64,000 nucleotides of DNA. Source: Cenococcum geophilum (lineage: Eukaryota). Below are positions 1 through 14,299 of this stretch, one piece after another. The notes beneath the pieces are model-generated. The model searched no databases. It was given only the letters and a program-made list of their open reading frames with translations, and had not been told where the DNA came from. The stretch covers positions 20,770,001 through 20,834,000 of the forward strand of contig CP158635.1 of NCBI GenBank assembly GCA_050273025.1, read 5' to 3'. Both the position numbers and the translations under genes were made by a program. How positions within the stretch are numbered: the stretch's first letter is position 1; every line of letters starts with the position of its first letter.

Positions 1-3000
1 ATCTCCTTTTCTAAATGTTCTAACTATTCTTCTAGTTATGCTTTAAAGATCCTTTATACCTAAAAGCTTTCTAGTAACTTATAAACTCTATCTAGTTCCT
101 CTTAAGTTATTATAATTTTTGGATGATTATACCTAATTAATCCGTCTATATCTTTTCGCAGTAAAGCCCCTAATGGCTTTATATTATTTTATAGTTTAGC
201 TTTCTAACTTAAAGTATTTACTTATATATTATCTGTTCCTTTAGTATACTAAATCTTAAAATGGTATTCTATAAGCATCTCTGCCTATTTAACCTATCTT
301 TAGTTAAGTTCCTTTATTATTAAAAATCCCGTTAGGTTCTTATAAGCCATCTTAACTATAAATAGTTTCTCTATACCTTATAAGAATACTCTTTATTTCT
401 TTAGTCCTGTAACTATACCTAATAACTCCTTATTATAGATGTTATAGTTTAACTTTAGTAGTATTATCTTCTAACTATAGTATACTACTAGGTGCTATCT
501 GTCTTAATATTTTTATATAAAGTATGCCCCTAGTATAAAGTCTAATACATTCGTTTTTATAACTATCTCTAATCCTAGTTAATAGATCTTAAGAACTAGC
601 TCCTAAGTAAATAATTCCTTAACTCTCTTAAACAGCTCTTATTATTCCTTTCCCTATACCTATAGTTTTTCTTTCTTTATTAACCGCGTAAATGGTTTAA
701 TATCCTTTAACTATTTCGCTATAAACCTTCTATAGTAATTATAAAACCCTAAAAACGATCTTAACTATATAACGTTCTCCGGTTCTTATTAATTTACTAT
801 AGGCTTAATCTTTTTTAGATCTATACTAAGTTGGCCTAGTTTAATAATAAATTTAATAAAATCGGTCTTCTTAGTAAAGAACTTGTATTTCTTAATTGCT
901 ACTAGCATCTATTCTTTTTATAGTCTCTTTAAGACCTATTTAACGTGTTCTCTATATTCTTCCTTGGTTATTAAGTAGATAATAATAATATTAAAATATG
1001 CTATAATAAATTTATCTAAGTATTTTCTTAATATATTGTTAATACGCTTCTAGAATATTACTAGTGCGTTTATAAGCCTAAATTATATAACTAATGGTTT
1101 ATATAGTCCTTCCTTTAACCTAAAGGCTACCTTTTATTTATCGCCTTCCTTAATTCTGATTTAATGGTACGCCTATCTCAGATTTATCTTTATAAAGATT
1201 TGCGCGTTGCCTATTCTATCTTAAATTTCGCTAATTAAGGGTAAAGGATACTTATCCTTTCTAGTAATGCTATTTAACTACCTATAGTCGATATATAGCC
1301 TTAGTTTACTATTCTTTTTTAGTATAAATAGTACTAGATAACTCGCTAATAATTGCGATAGTCTAATGTATCCCTTTTGTAAGTTTTCCTAGATAAACTC
1401 TTTTAATACTCTACCTTTTTCTTTGGTAAGCTTATAGATTAGAAAAAACCTTAAACTTATTCCTAGTTCTAATTCTATTCTATAGTCCTATACTATATAC
1501 TTTAATAGCTTTTTACTCTTCGGTGACTATAGTTTCTTACCATACTTATAGTATCTTTTTGGTATATAGCTTAGCCCTTTTTCTGTTTCTTTATAGGTCG
1601 CTCCTACTTAGTACTATACCATCTTAGCTTATTATCGCATTTTGCGTTATTAAGTATTCTTAATATTAACTTAACCTATAACCTAATCGATCTTTAGATT
1701 ATATTCCTATAACTAAGGCATTCCTAATACTACCTTATTATTTCCTAATAGTAATATATTAAAAGACATTTTAACTTATTTTCCTTTAATAGTTAACTAA
1801 ATAGGTCCTGTTTTAAGATTAATAATACCTCCTTTATAGGCTATTAGATCTCCTAAAATCGTTACTAATAGGTAAAAATATTCCTTTTTCCTGTATGGTA
1901 ACCCTATTCTTTTAACTGCTACTAGTAAGATATAGTTCCTTATTACTCTACTATCTATTAATACCTTAAACTGTTAATCTTACCACTTAGCTTATAAATT
2001 TAGGTATTATCCTTAAATTCCTTTAAGGGTTTAAGGCTCTATTACTAGTTCCCTCTAGTTTTATAGGCCTCTTCTTTCCCTAACTATTAGCTACTTAATC
2101 CTATTTATACTTAGTCTAACTTAGGCCAATACTTAGTTTGCTTTTTATCTTCAATATACTATAGATAAGTATTCTTTAGATATTCCTACTATTATTATCT
2201 ATTTAGATATTCTTCTATAAGGAATCTTCCTAGCTAAAGTATTAAGTTCCCTTATTCTTAAACTTCTACTAGGTGCTAACTATACATATACTTAGCATTT
2301 TAGTATTTCGCCTTATTTATTAACTAATATATCCTTACTAGGTATTTTTAGTTCCTATCTTTAGGTGCTTTATATATATTATATATATTATCTATATATA
2401 CGATCTATACCAACGTATAATATGCTTAGTGTCTTAGGTTAACTCTCGGCTTATCTTTATCCTTAAGTTTAAACCTTTCTTATACTAATCTAAGCGTTGC
2501 AACTTCGTTCGTAGGTACTAAGATTCGCCTTTCGCTCCTCTAGTCCTCTAATTACTCCTCTAGATCTTTTAACATTATAATTAAGGCTCCTTTAATGTAA
2601 GTTATAGCCTTTTCCGTAATTAGGTAGTCTTAGATAACTTTTTCGTCTAACTATATATAGAAATCTTCCTACTCGTTATTATGTCGTTGTCTATACTACT
2701 TTTAGTATAACTTTTAAAGTATATACAGCTCGTCCGTAAGGAAGTATCTTCTTATTACTATATTATAACAGCCCTTTATATATCGTTTTTTAAACCTAGT
2801 TAAAATCCCTAGATCTTCTTCTTATTCTAGTTTAATAAGCCACTTAGCTCTTAGTATGCCTGTCTTAGGTCTATTAGTAACTTTTTATATAGGTACTCTG
2901 TCCCTTACACGTCCTAATATGCTAGATCTTTTATCTAGTTTCTATTCTTACTATAAGGTAATTCTTACTCTAAATTCCTCTATGGTTTCTTTCTTATTGC

Positions 3001-3425
3001 GCCTTATAAGTAGATCTTTAAAGTCTTCCTACTTCTTAATCTTATTAATGGTCCTTATTTATGTATTAAAGTCTTAGTCCTATAGAATTCTTAATCCTAA
3101 GCTGGCTTTTATCTTAAGCTTTGCTTTTGCCTTAGTCTAACTAAGCTTAGGTATTTTTATCTTGTCTTAAGAGTTTTAAATCTTACTTATCTTATCTTAA
3201 GAATCTTATAACTGTGGGAAATACTATCCCGAGCTTATTTATATATTTTTAAACTAAGCTACTGCCCTACTCTATTGGTTTTCGTCCATTATAGGTCCTT
3301 AGGTATGCCTTATCTCGTCTTAAAAATCTTAAGCCTTTAGCCTTTTGCCTTTATTAAGTAATAAATTAGCACTAGCAGTTGTCTGCTTACTTAATCTCTA
3401 TAAAATACTTTTTCTTTTATCTTAT

Positions 3426-5109
3426 TGTCGGTATCACCCAAGTGCACTTGATTGGCCTATTAACTGTTGAATTGATTCTTGTCTAATAGGTATCGAAAGC
3501 AGAGGATCGTAAGGATCGCGGTGCCTAAGTAGGGGGCTGATGAGTCATCACAAGGATGACTAATCAGAGACACGACGACGACACGTCGACGACACGTAAC
3601 CACGTAACTTCTGTCCATATATTCCGACACTGGCAGTTCTTTCTTTATGCTTATAGTGCTGCAGGAAGGTAGCAAGGCAGCAAGGTAGCAAGGCAGTAAG
3701 GCAGCAAGGTAACAAGGTGTCGGTTTAGCTGGAGGTGGAAGCAGCAAAAGTCTGTTCGGGTGGTAGTACGGTACCAGCGGCGGTAGTAATAGTGGTCAAG
3801 CATAGAGCTTGTCTATCAGTCGGTCGGTTAATCGTAGGCGTATAGGCACGATCATTTGGTCGGTAGATCGCAGGCGTATAGGCACGATCATTGTCTGTGT
3901 AGGTAGTAGTACGGTACTAGCGACAGGGTCGTTCGGGTGGCAGTATAATGCTAGCAACGGGGTCGTATTCGTAGGCGTATCGGCACGAATTCTTGTCTTT
4001 GTCCATATATTCCAACACTAGCAGTTCTTTCTTTATACTTAAAGCCACCAATATAGACTCTATTAACGTGGTATTCGTGGCTTACAAGGGCCGTAGAAGG
4101 GAAAGGGGCACGCTGGCGTTTGGGGGCGTGCTATTAACGTGATTTTCGACGTGGCAGATCTGCAAGGTAGCAGATGGTGTCGGGGTTATAGGGGGTGCTG
4201 CTGATGCTGCTGGGTTGTGGGATGCTGCTGGCGCTGCTAGATTGTTGGGTATTGGGTGCCGCTGACGCTGCTGGGTTGTAGGATGCTGCTGTGACGCTGC
4301 TGGATTATTGGGTATTGGGTACTGCGCGAGGCTGTTGAGTTGCTGTAACGCTGGAGTACTGCGCGAGGCTGTTGGACGTTGATTTGTATGCTAAGACGCG
4401 TACTGGATTATGGTTTGCTGCTAGGTTGTGTTATTACACTGGGGTACTGCGTAAAGCTGTTGGGTAGTTGGATACTGCGCGAGGCTGTTGGGTTGCTGTA
4501 ACGCTGGATGCTGTATAAGCTGGTATGCTGCATAAGTGCTGCTGAGGTAGCTGCTGCCGAGGTAGCTACTGATGGGGTACTGCCCGAGGGCTGTTGGGTG
4601 TTTGGTGCTGTTGAGCTGGGGGTACGGCACTTAGTAAAGAGGTCGTACTGGGGGTTGATGCTGTTAAGCTGGGGGTACGGCGCTCAGTGAAGAGGTCATA
4701 CTGGGGGTTGATTTGCTGCTGTAGAATGTCTTATGCGTTGCGTATTTGTCGTATATTCTAAGCTGCTGGGGTTGGGTGCTGCCGGAGCTGCTGGTGTGGT
4801 TTTGCTGCTAGGTACTGGAATGCTGCTTGCGATTAAACGAAGCTGCTGGGGCGGCAGTGAACCTTATTACTCTATAGCCAACCGGTGAGGTTAACTATTG
4901 ATTAATGTCGGTATCACCTAAGTACACTTGATTGACCTATTAACTGATAAATTAATTCTTATCTAATAGGTACAGAAAGCAGAGGATCGTAAGGATCGTG
5001 GTGCCTAAGTAGGGGGCTGATAAGTCATCACAAGGATGACTAATTAGAGACACGACGACGACACGTCAACGATACGTAACCACGTAACTTCTGTCCATAT
5101 ATTCCGACA
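3426..5109 (-). mobile_element. Short non-autonomous LTR element (TRIM-like, family B), 1684 bp
   Basis: 204-bp direct repeats 3426-3629 and 4906-5109 with TGTCGG...CCGACA ends; 5-bp TSD CTTAT (3421-3425, 5110-5114). No RT/IN motifs inside. Orientation is inferred from the purine run AAAGAAAGAA next to the left LTR on the minus strand. Confidence 0.88.
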
Positions 5110-5982
5110 CTTATAAAGCGATAGATGCCGTATCTAATAGTATTATAATACCCGTTACTAAACCTTACTTAGTAGCGGTCTTAGTCTCTACTTCTAATAT
5201 AACTTCTTTAAGGTTTACACGCTCCTAGTAAGCTGCCTTTATTACCTTATTATCTATAAACGTTTCGCCTATATTAAACTTATCGTCCTTAACATCCGAC
5301 CTACGCGGTAGTTTATTAGTTCCCCTACATTCTAAGGATTTTAGCTCCTACGGCTTATAGCTTACGCCATACTTAGTGTCTTTATAAATTTAGTATGCGT
5401 TGTTATAATAAAACGCGAAACTTCTAATTAAACACTTTTTTGTTCCTCGCAGTATACTATTATCTCTCTATACGTATATGTCTTCTACTACTAATCTGGT
5501 TCCCTTTATTACATAATAACTCTAACTATCTTTATAATCCCTCGTAAAGTAACCTTATTTCCCGTAATTTATATAAGCTCTATCTCTAAACCACTAACTT
5601 TGCTATAGAGTCCGCCTAAACGTCTTCTACTGCTAAGATCCCTAGTTTAGCCTCTACTCCTTAGTCTTATAATTACTAAATCCTTAACCTCTAGGTTTCT
5701 ATAGTTTCTTACTCTATCTCTTATAGGCTTCTTTAGTACCACTTAGGTCTATTAGCTCTGCGCCATACTATAATTTCTAAATTAGCTTTAGTTATTGCGT
5801 GCTTTGTATCTTATATAACTATAGAACTCTATCCTAGCCTCTTTTAACCTATTCCCTTTAGTAGATCCAATTATTAATCTTAATTACTTAATCTATTAAA
5901 TCCCTTAGGGTATCCGCATCTTCTATTAGGATAATTATATTTTAGACTTTAGCCTTAAGTTCCTATTTATACTATGCTATAA

Positions 5983-6952
5983 AACAAACCAACAACCCTA
6001 AAGTAGGAAAGATATATTAGAGAAACAGGTGAAGAAAGCAGAAGAAGAATGGTGCTACTTTAGGGCCCAGGCCCACATAGAGGAGGAAGGGAGACGCGTA
6101 AGAGGCCAGCAAGGACAACAGTAAGAGAGAGAAAGGAGCCAAAGTAGAGCACAAAAGAACACCGGGAAACCATCTACCGCAATGCAATACTGGCTGGACT
6201 AACGCTGGAGAGGCGTATAGGAGTTGAAGGTACAGAGGCTAACTAAGGCAAGAGGAACCCAAGCCGTAGCATAGTTAATGCTATAGGGGGTAGACACCCT
6301 AGGGCTCTAAAAAGGCCTAATAAAGGCAGAAAATATAATAGCAACGCTCTTAAGAATAGGAATAATAGGACTAAAAGACTGACTCTACTAGGTGGGTGTC
6401 CTAGTAGATAGCCTAAGATGTAAATGTAGCTGGCTAAGACAGACACCAAAACACGTAATACTGTTATGCCCCTTACGCACTAACTAAGAAGTAATACTCT
6501 TAGTAGTTGGCACAGAGAACTATAAGACACTACTCTCGACATAAAAAGGCCTTAAGGCGGTTACCTAGTGGCTTATTAGCTAAAATATACTAAACCAGTT
6601 CTGGGTTATAAAGGAAATAATAATAGAGGGCGGGGGGGCGAGCAATGGGCGCCCCCTAATGACTCTATAGTAGCAGAGTAAAGTATACAATACTAGCGCG
6701 TCTATAGGCTAGTTACGGCAGCAGTGGTTCCCAAGGAGGTTAAAAAGTAAGGTAGTAGGAGCACTATAGGTGACTTGTAGGCGCCTCGCAGGCGCCTTAT
6801 AGGCGAGTCCCAAGAGGCGGGGAAATGGATCACGGGGTTTTCTTAAGTTAAGTCTTTCTTAAGTTGAGTTTTCTCTCTACATGTAAATAAGGAGTAGTCC
6901 GCGTAGGCCCAATAGGGATCTAAATCGGACGTTAAGCAATGAATTATTATTA
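5983..6952 (+). mobile_element. 5'-truncated Tad-like LINE copy (ORF2 C-terminal zinc-finger region plus 3' UTR)
   Basis: Reverse-complement match to 53459-~54410. 16-bp TSD TTATACTATGCTATAA (5967-5982, 6953-6968) and a short (TTA)n tail. Confidence 0.9.
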
Positions 6953-7611
6953 TTATACTATGCTATAAGCGCCCTATTATTCCACTTAACTTATATAGCT
7001 AGCATTTAGAACTATATTATATATTTAATCGCTAAGGTTTATTACGTAATGTCTTAGAGTTTTCTTTTTACTATAGTTACTGCCTCTAGGTCTCTAAACA
7101 TTTATATAAGTTGCTCTATAAACCCCTTCTAACTTAAGAATATAAACCGCACGTCCTAATTAGTGGTTGTTATTCCATTCGCCTATATTTCCATAAGGTA
7201 AGGCTTAAACTATTTAAGTGCCTTTCTTAATAGGAATAGTCCTGTATAAGCTATCCGATCTATAAATATTAGTAACTTTACTTCTTCTTACGTAACTTTA
7301 AAGTACATTTATGTAAGGAACCCTTTAAGCTTTAATCTTTCTCCTAAGAATCTCTTAATTAATGGTAACTTAACCTTTACTGCTCCTATCCCGTTAATCC
7401 TTTATTTAAATGTTATATTGTTTTCTATTAACTGGTTAACTATCTCTTATAGTTATCTAACCGTTACAGGTTGCTATAAGTTAGTATCTGCTATATTAGT
7501 GTCACCTCCTAACCTTAAAGTAGTTGCCGCCGCTAATGGCGTTATAGTAGCTGCTTTTAGTGGTATATTATTCAACTTTCTATATTTAACACTATAACTA
7601 GGTAGTAATTG

Positions 7612-8035
7612 TGTAACGGAACCTTATAGTAGGAACTATAATAGGCTCGTTATTAGGCTAGGTGTATAAGTAATATAAATTAAAGTTAATAACGTAATAA
7701 TAACTAGTGGAGTAGTTGCCTAATAGATTAACTTTAATTGTATTCTGAGAATTACTATAAGGAAAGAACTATTTAGAGTAGGGACTATGGTCCTTTAAAT
7801 ACACAACCATACTTCTAGGAAACCCTCCTTGTATATAAGGTATATATACTCTATTTGCTCTATTGCGGATTATATAAATTATATAGATTATATAAATTAC
7901 ATTATGTGACTTAGTTACTATTCCTTGTTATATAGTTCTACCGGTTCCATCCTAAACTATACTTGTATTAACTAACTAGCTTCTTTCGACTCCTCTTTAA
8001 GTAGTCGTAATATCGTACTTAAAGCGTCCGTAACA
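7612..8035 (-). repeat. 5' LTR of element A1
   Basis: TGTAACGG...CCGTAACA termini; homologous to LTRs at 24313, 26354, 33900, 37036, 44589 and 47811. Confidence 0.92.
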
Positions 8036-11000
8036 TTTATAGAAATCTTCCATAAAATACTCTACTATGCTTTTTAGGATATACTTTACTTCTTAGTTTT
8101 TGTATATATCTATCTATAGATCTTCTAGCTATGCTTTTAGAATTCTTTATACCTAAAAGCTCTTTAGTATCTTATAAACTCTTTCTAGTTCTCTATCCTC
8201 TTAAGTTGCTGCTAGTTTAGAGTAATTATATCTAATTAATCCGTCCTTATCTCTGCGTAGTATTACTCCTAATAGCTTCTTATTATTTAATAGTTTAGCC
8301 TTTTCTACTAAGTGCGTCTACTTTTATATTCTTAGTTTCTTTAATATACTAAATCTTAAAATAGTATTCTATAAGCATCTTTACCTATCTAACTTATCTT
8401 TAATTAAGTTTTTATTATTATTAGGAACCATATTAGGTTCTTATAATCCATTTTAATTATAAATAGTTTTTCTACGCCTTATAAAAATACTCTCTATTTT
8501 TTTAAGTACTGTAACTATACCTAATAACTCCTTATTATAGATATTATAGTTTAACTCTAGTAGTATTATCTTCTGACTATAGTATACCGCTAGGTGCTAT
8601 ATATTTTTATACTTCTATAGTAAATATACTCCTAATACAAAGTCTAATACATCTATTTCTATAACTGTGTCTAGTCCTAGTTAATAGATTTTAAGGATTA
8701 ATTCCTAGGTAAACAACTCCTTAAGTTCTTTAAATGGCTTTTTTTATTTATCTCCCTACGTCTATAGTTCTTCTTTCTTTATAAGCCTAGTAAATAGTTT
8801 AATATTTTTTTAACTATTATACTATAAACCTCTTATAGTAGTTACAAACCCCTAAAAATAACCTTAACTGCGTTATATTCTCTAATTTTTACTAACTTAC
8901 TATAGCTTTAATTTTCTTTAGGTTTATACTAATATAATTTAGTTTAATAATAAATCTAATAAAATCGGTCTTCCTAGTAAAGAACTTGTATTTCTTAATT
9001 GCTACTAGTATCTATTCTTCTTATAGTCTCTTTAAGATCTATTTAACGTATTCTCCATATTTTTCTTTAGTTATTAAGTAGAAAATAATGTCGTTACGGT
9101 ATACTATAATAAACTTATTAAGGTGTTCTCCTAATATACTATTAATTTATTTCTAAAATATCGCCGGTATATTTATTAATCTAAATTATATAACTAATAG
9201 TTTATATAGTCCTTCCTTTAACCTAAAGGCTGCTTTTTATTTATTGCCTTTCTTAATTCTAATCTAATAGTATGCCTATCTTAGATTTATCTTTATAAAG
9301 ATTTACATATTACCTATCCTATCTTAAATTTTATTAATTAAGGGTAAAGGATACCTATCTTTTTAAGTAATGCTATTTAGCTACCTGTAGTTAATGCATA
9401 GCCTAAGTTTTCCGTTCTTCTTTAGTATAAATAGTACTAAATAACCTACTAATAACTGTAATAGTCTAATATATCCCTTTCGTAATTTTTTCTAGATAAA
9501 CTCCTTAAGCGCTTTAGACTCCTCTTAAGTAAGCTTATAAATTGGAAAGAACCTTAGATTTATTCCTAGTTTTAATTCTATCTTATAGTCCTATACTATA
9601 TAATCTGCTAGCTTTTTACTTTCTAGGCTCTATAGCTTTTTATTATACTTATAGTATCTTTCTAGTATATAACTTAAGCCTTACTTAGTCTCTTTATATA
9701 TTGCTCCGACTTAGTACTATACTATCTTAGTTTACTATTATATCTTATATTATTAAGTATCCTTAATATCGACTTAACTGTTATGGGACACCCCCGTAAT
9801 ACCTTATACACGTCTACCTATTTCCACCGACTTAGTAACTAAAGACTGACCACGAGACGGCAATTTGCGGCAATCTGACGGCAATCTGCTATATTCTACC
9901 ATATTCCGCCAAGTTCTATTAAATCCTGCCAAGTTCTGCCAGGACCACCACCTAAATCCTATTCTACTTTGTATATAAGTTAACTAAGTAACCAAACTAA
10001 TAATATATACCCTTTCTTCCCGTTTTCCTGCCTTTTCTCCTTACGTAACGTCTTAACTTCTTATACAGTTTATATATATAGCTTAATAATATCTACCTTG
10101 CTATATATTATTGCCGCTTATACTTACTTCGTAATACTATATTATGTCTACTTTATATACTACCTCCGAAATATAAAACAACCCCAAAGCCTCTATAACG
10201 ACCGCTAGTATTATATCCGCACTTTAAGAACAACTAGTAGAAATACAGAAGTCTTTTATAGATGCCCTTATATAAAACTAAGCCACTTTAAATTAACAAT
10301 AAGCCGAATAAGAAGCACGATATTAGCGATTAATTAAGAACCTCCAAAAAGAAATCCGCATACTTAAGACGCCTATATTAGGGCCTTAAGACTAAACACT
10401 ATCCCTAGAGATAAATACGTGGAACGTAAGCCCCAAACCTATAGCAGCTGTCTACCTTAAATTAACTACTACACTAAAACAATCTAAACAACTACTAGAT
10501 CCTCTAGTATTCACTAGTAAATAATAAGAACTCTAATTATTCCTAAGCCAGCTTAAAAATAAGCTAACTAGTAACGCTAACTGTTACCTAACTAAAGCTA
10601 ACTAACTCTGTTACGCCCTAAGTTAACTAAGAGAAGAGGTAGCTAACCTTATTAAACCTCTTTAGCTAACCTTAGTATAAAGCCTAGTTGTACTTCTTAA
10701 AGCCTTATACGGTAACCTAAACCGCTAAGCTATTACCTAGAGAAAGATAAACTACATAGCTTAAGGAACGAAAAGTTTCCTAGTATACTTCTCCAAATTT
10801 AACTATTACGTAAGGGAAACAGGCTAGAACAACTCCGCACTAATTAATAGCCTTATTAAATCTCTAAGCCCTAAACTAAAAACCTCCCTAATAGGCGTGG
10901 ACCTACCAGGAGCCCTTAACGCCTGCGTAAACGTTATTAATAAACGGTATAATAATATACTACGCCTAATACTAAAACACGCTCCTTAATACAATATAAT

Positions 11001-12826
11001 AGCCCTATAAACGTTTACTAAGTCGTCTTAGCCTAAGCACCCTAACGCTATAGATATTAACACTAGAACCCTAAAGTACGCCCTACTAGGGTCCCCTAAA
11101 TAAGAAAGACGCATTAAGCTAGGCCTCTGCTTTAAATACAGAAGTAAGGACTATATCTTAAAATATTATCTTATCTCCTTACCTACGCCCTAAAACAATT
11201 TACGAACGGCTAATACTAGTAACCGTTTACCGCATTAATTTTCCGGTTACTGCCCCCGATCTTTACCTAGTTCTAGCCCCATATTTAGTAAGCACTACTT
11301 ATAAAGGCAAAGCTATAACCAACGTTCTATAGGAACCCCTTCCCGCTTATTACTAAAAGGTATATTTTAAAGTTAAGTCGCTTTCTAAGACGGCTCTACC
11401 TTAGGATCTCGTTAAACGCTTTAAATATTACAAACTTTAACTCTTAGGATTATAGCATAACTATTAACTATTATCTTTGGTAGAATAATTAATAGGCTAA
11501 TGCTTAAGTCCTAATTAATATAGGAGCTAGTGGCATAGGATTTATTAATAAGATCTTTATATAAGATAATAGTTTTACCTTAACCCCCCTTAACCGGCAT
11601 ATTAACGTATTTAGATTTAATAGTAAACGTATAGTCTTAGGCTAAATTACCTACGTAGTATACCTAAGACTCTAATACCTAAACTATGTCACGGAGTAAG
11701 TATAAGCGACAATAATATATAGCAAGGTAGATATTATTAAGCTATATACATAAACTGTATAAGGAGGTCAAGACGTTGCGTAAGGAAAGAAGGTAGGAAA
11801 ACGGGAAGAAAGGGCATATATTATTAACTTAGTTGCTTAGTTAACACATATATAGGCAAAATAGGGTTTAGGTCGTAGTCCTGGCAGAACTTAGCAGAAT
11901 TTGGTGGAACTTAGCAGAATATAGCAGAATGCCGTAGATTGCCGTTAAATTGCTATTTCGTGGTTAGTCTCTAATTACTAAGTCGGTGGAAATAGGTAGA
12001 CGTGTGCAAGGTATTACGGGGGTGTCCCGTAACAGTACCCCCCCTTTAAACTCGAGCTTCTGCGAGATAGGGCTGTAGTAGTTCTAGGTGGAGTTTATAA
12101 AAGTCTTCTGCGGCTTATATAAGTCCTATAGAGTTAATAGGTTCCTATAAGGACTTAATAAAGCCTCTCCATTTTATAAGATATATATATTAGCGTTTCC
12201 GTTTATTATACTTAATATTATTAATTCTTTTAATAAAGTACTCGTTCTCACCATCCACTTTAACTGGTAGGGGAGGGTCTTATATCTATCTAGGCAGGGC
12301 GTCTAATACGGGGGCAGTAGGGCGGAGGACTGACGTATAGAATACGGGGTAGATTTTAACCGTATTAGGGAGCTTCAGTCGGTAGGCATAAGGAGAGATA
12401 ACCTTTTCAACCTTATAAGGGCCAGCGTTCTTCCAATTAAGTTTCTTAGTAGGTCGTTTTATATTCAGATTTCTTATATCTAGCTAGACAAAATCACTAA
12501 TTTAGTAGGCCAGTACTAGGGTTCGTTTCTTATTCGCTAGATAGATTAAGCCCATATTATCTCATTAGTAAGAAACTGTTATAGTTCCTCTATCTTCTCT
12601 ACGAATTTATTTACTTTTATGACTTATAAGGCGTAATAAGCGGGGTAAGGAACATTACTAAAGGGTTTAAAACCCATTTATGGGTACTAGCCGTAATTGG
12701 CTAAGAACGGGAAAACTTTTATAGTTTTTAAGACGGAATTATTTGTAGTAAACTTAGTAAATATAAGCCAGTTAATCCAGTTATTCTATAAATATAACGT
12801 ATATATCCGAATATACTATTCCATTA

Positions 12827-13111
12827 ACGTGATCTACAAGCCAGTGGCCCACACAAGCAAGTGGCCCACCCCAACTAGCTAGAATACTAGCCATCTGCCG
12901 TACGGTCGCAATCCTAGGCGGCATACCACGTCGATCCATTAATAGAACCCACTGCTTAAGACTCTCTTCTTGTATTGGTGTAAGACGGCGATTTGGGGCG
13001 GCAGAACCGCGCTATTGTGGTGCTGCCATTTAGGTGGTTGTTGAATAACGCGTCGCGTGTTAGGTGGGGTGGGCCACTTGCTTGTGTGGGCCACTGGCTT
13101 GTGGATCACGT
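12827..13111. mobile_element. MITE of Tc1/mariner (Fot1/pogo-like) type, 285 bp
   Basis: ~47-bp terminal inverted repeats ACGTGATCYACAAGCCAGTGGCCCACACAAGCAAGTGGCCCACCCCA; TA TSD; the host integrase sequence rejoins exactly. Confidence 0.9.
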
Positions 13112-14299
13112 TATAGCATTTACGCGTTCCGTTTAGCTATCCGTTTCTAGGTAATACGTAGTAAATAATAGTGCTTTAATACAGAGTTAAGTAGTTAGTT
13201 CTTTTCAGAATACTAAGATAAACTAGCTACCTTTATCGGAGATAATCGTTTTGGGGAGTCTGTAGAGTTTCTATATATAATCTAAGAATAGTTAGGCAAC
13301 GGCAGGCGTTAATATATTAGGGCAGGCGATTAAGTATCTCATTTTAGATAGTCGGTTTATAACTACCATAATGTTCGTATAGCCTCTACTCTTAGAAAGG
13401 TCAACAATAAAGTTAATTAAGATATCCTTCCATCTTTAGTCCGGAATAGGCAGTAGCTTTAAAAGACCGTTATATACCTTATACGAAGCTTTAGCTTATC
13501 GGTAGGTATAGCAGCTAAAGACGTACCTTTGTGTTATATTATATATATTTGGCTAATAATACTCCCATTAGAGTAGTTTTAGGGTCTTTCCTCGGCCTAG
13601 GTAGCCGGCGACAGGTAAATTATATACGTGTTTAAGGAGTTTAAGCTTAAGCTCATCATAATTAGGGATAACTAGATAGTTCCAGTAGTACAAGTGGTTT
13701 CCGCGGGCTTCGCATTTACTTAGAGAAATCTTTTTAGAGCGTCTAATACCATCTTGCATTAGCTTAAGCGTCTCTTAGATAAACTTATTATTTAGGTATT
13801 CGTTAACTATAATCTATTCAATTAATCGATTAGTTATTTCAAGGACGTATACCGTAAGATCTTTAGTAAGAGGGTTAAATAGTTTAAGGCGAAGTAGGGT
13901 CTAATTTTAGTAAGAGCGCGCTTCTTCTAGGGCTGGCGCGTCTTACGAGCGTTAGGTTAGGGCATTAGGCTTCTAACCTTAGACGCCTAGGCGGTACGTA
14001 ATTAAGAATTAGAAATAAGACAGATATTCTAACCAGCGGGCCTAACAATGACTTAGCTGTTTCGTGGTTGTGAAGTACTATAGGTTTTTATAGTCGCTAA
14101 GGACCTTAATTAGAAATCCGGCGCCTTCTAGTTTAGGTCGCTATTATTTAAAACATCTAATAATAGCTAACAATTCCTTATCGTAGATCTTGTAGTTGCA
14201 TTCGGCTAGGCTTAGTCGTTTTAAGAAGTATACTATAGAGTATAATACTTTATCCTCGTTATATTGAGACAGGATGCCTCTAGTAACGTAGTTAAATAA

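Larger units (their letters stand above)
1..8035 (-). mobile_element. Gypsy/chromovirus LTR retrotransposon family A, copy A1 (3' part lies left of window), RIP-inactivated
   Basis: Minus strand gives RIP-damaged gag (start near 7565, de-RIP MPPKAAT...KLPSIERFSGE), a CCHC knuckle near 5550, protease IDSG-like near 1950 and RT YRQLN..KDKYPLPLI near 1240-1290. The 5' LTR is at 7612-8035. Interrupted by 3426-5109 and 5983-6952. Confidence 0.92.
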
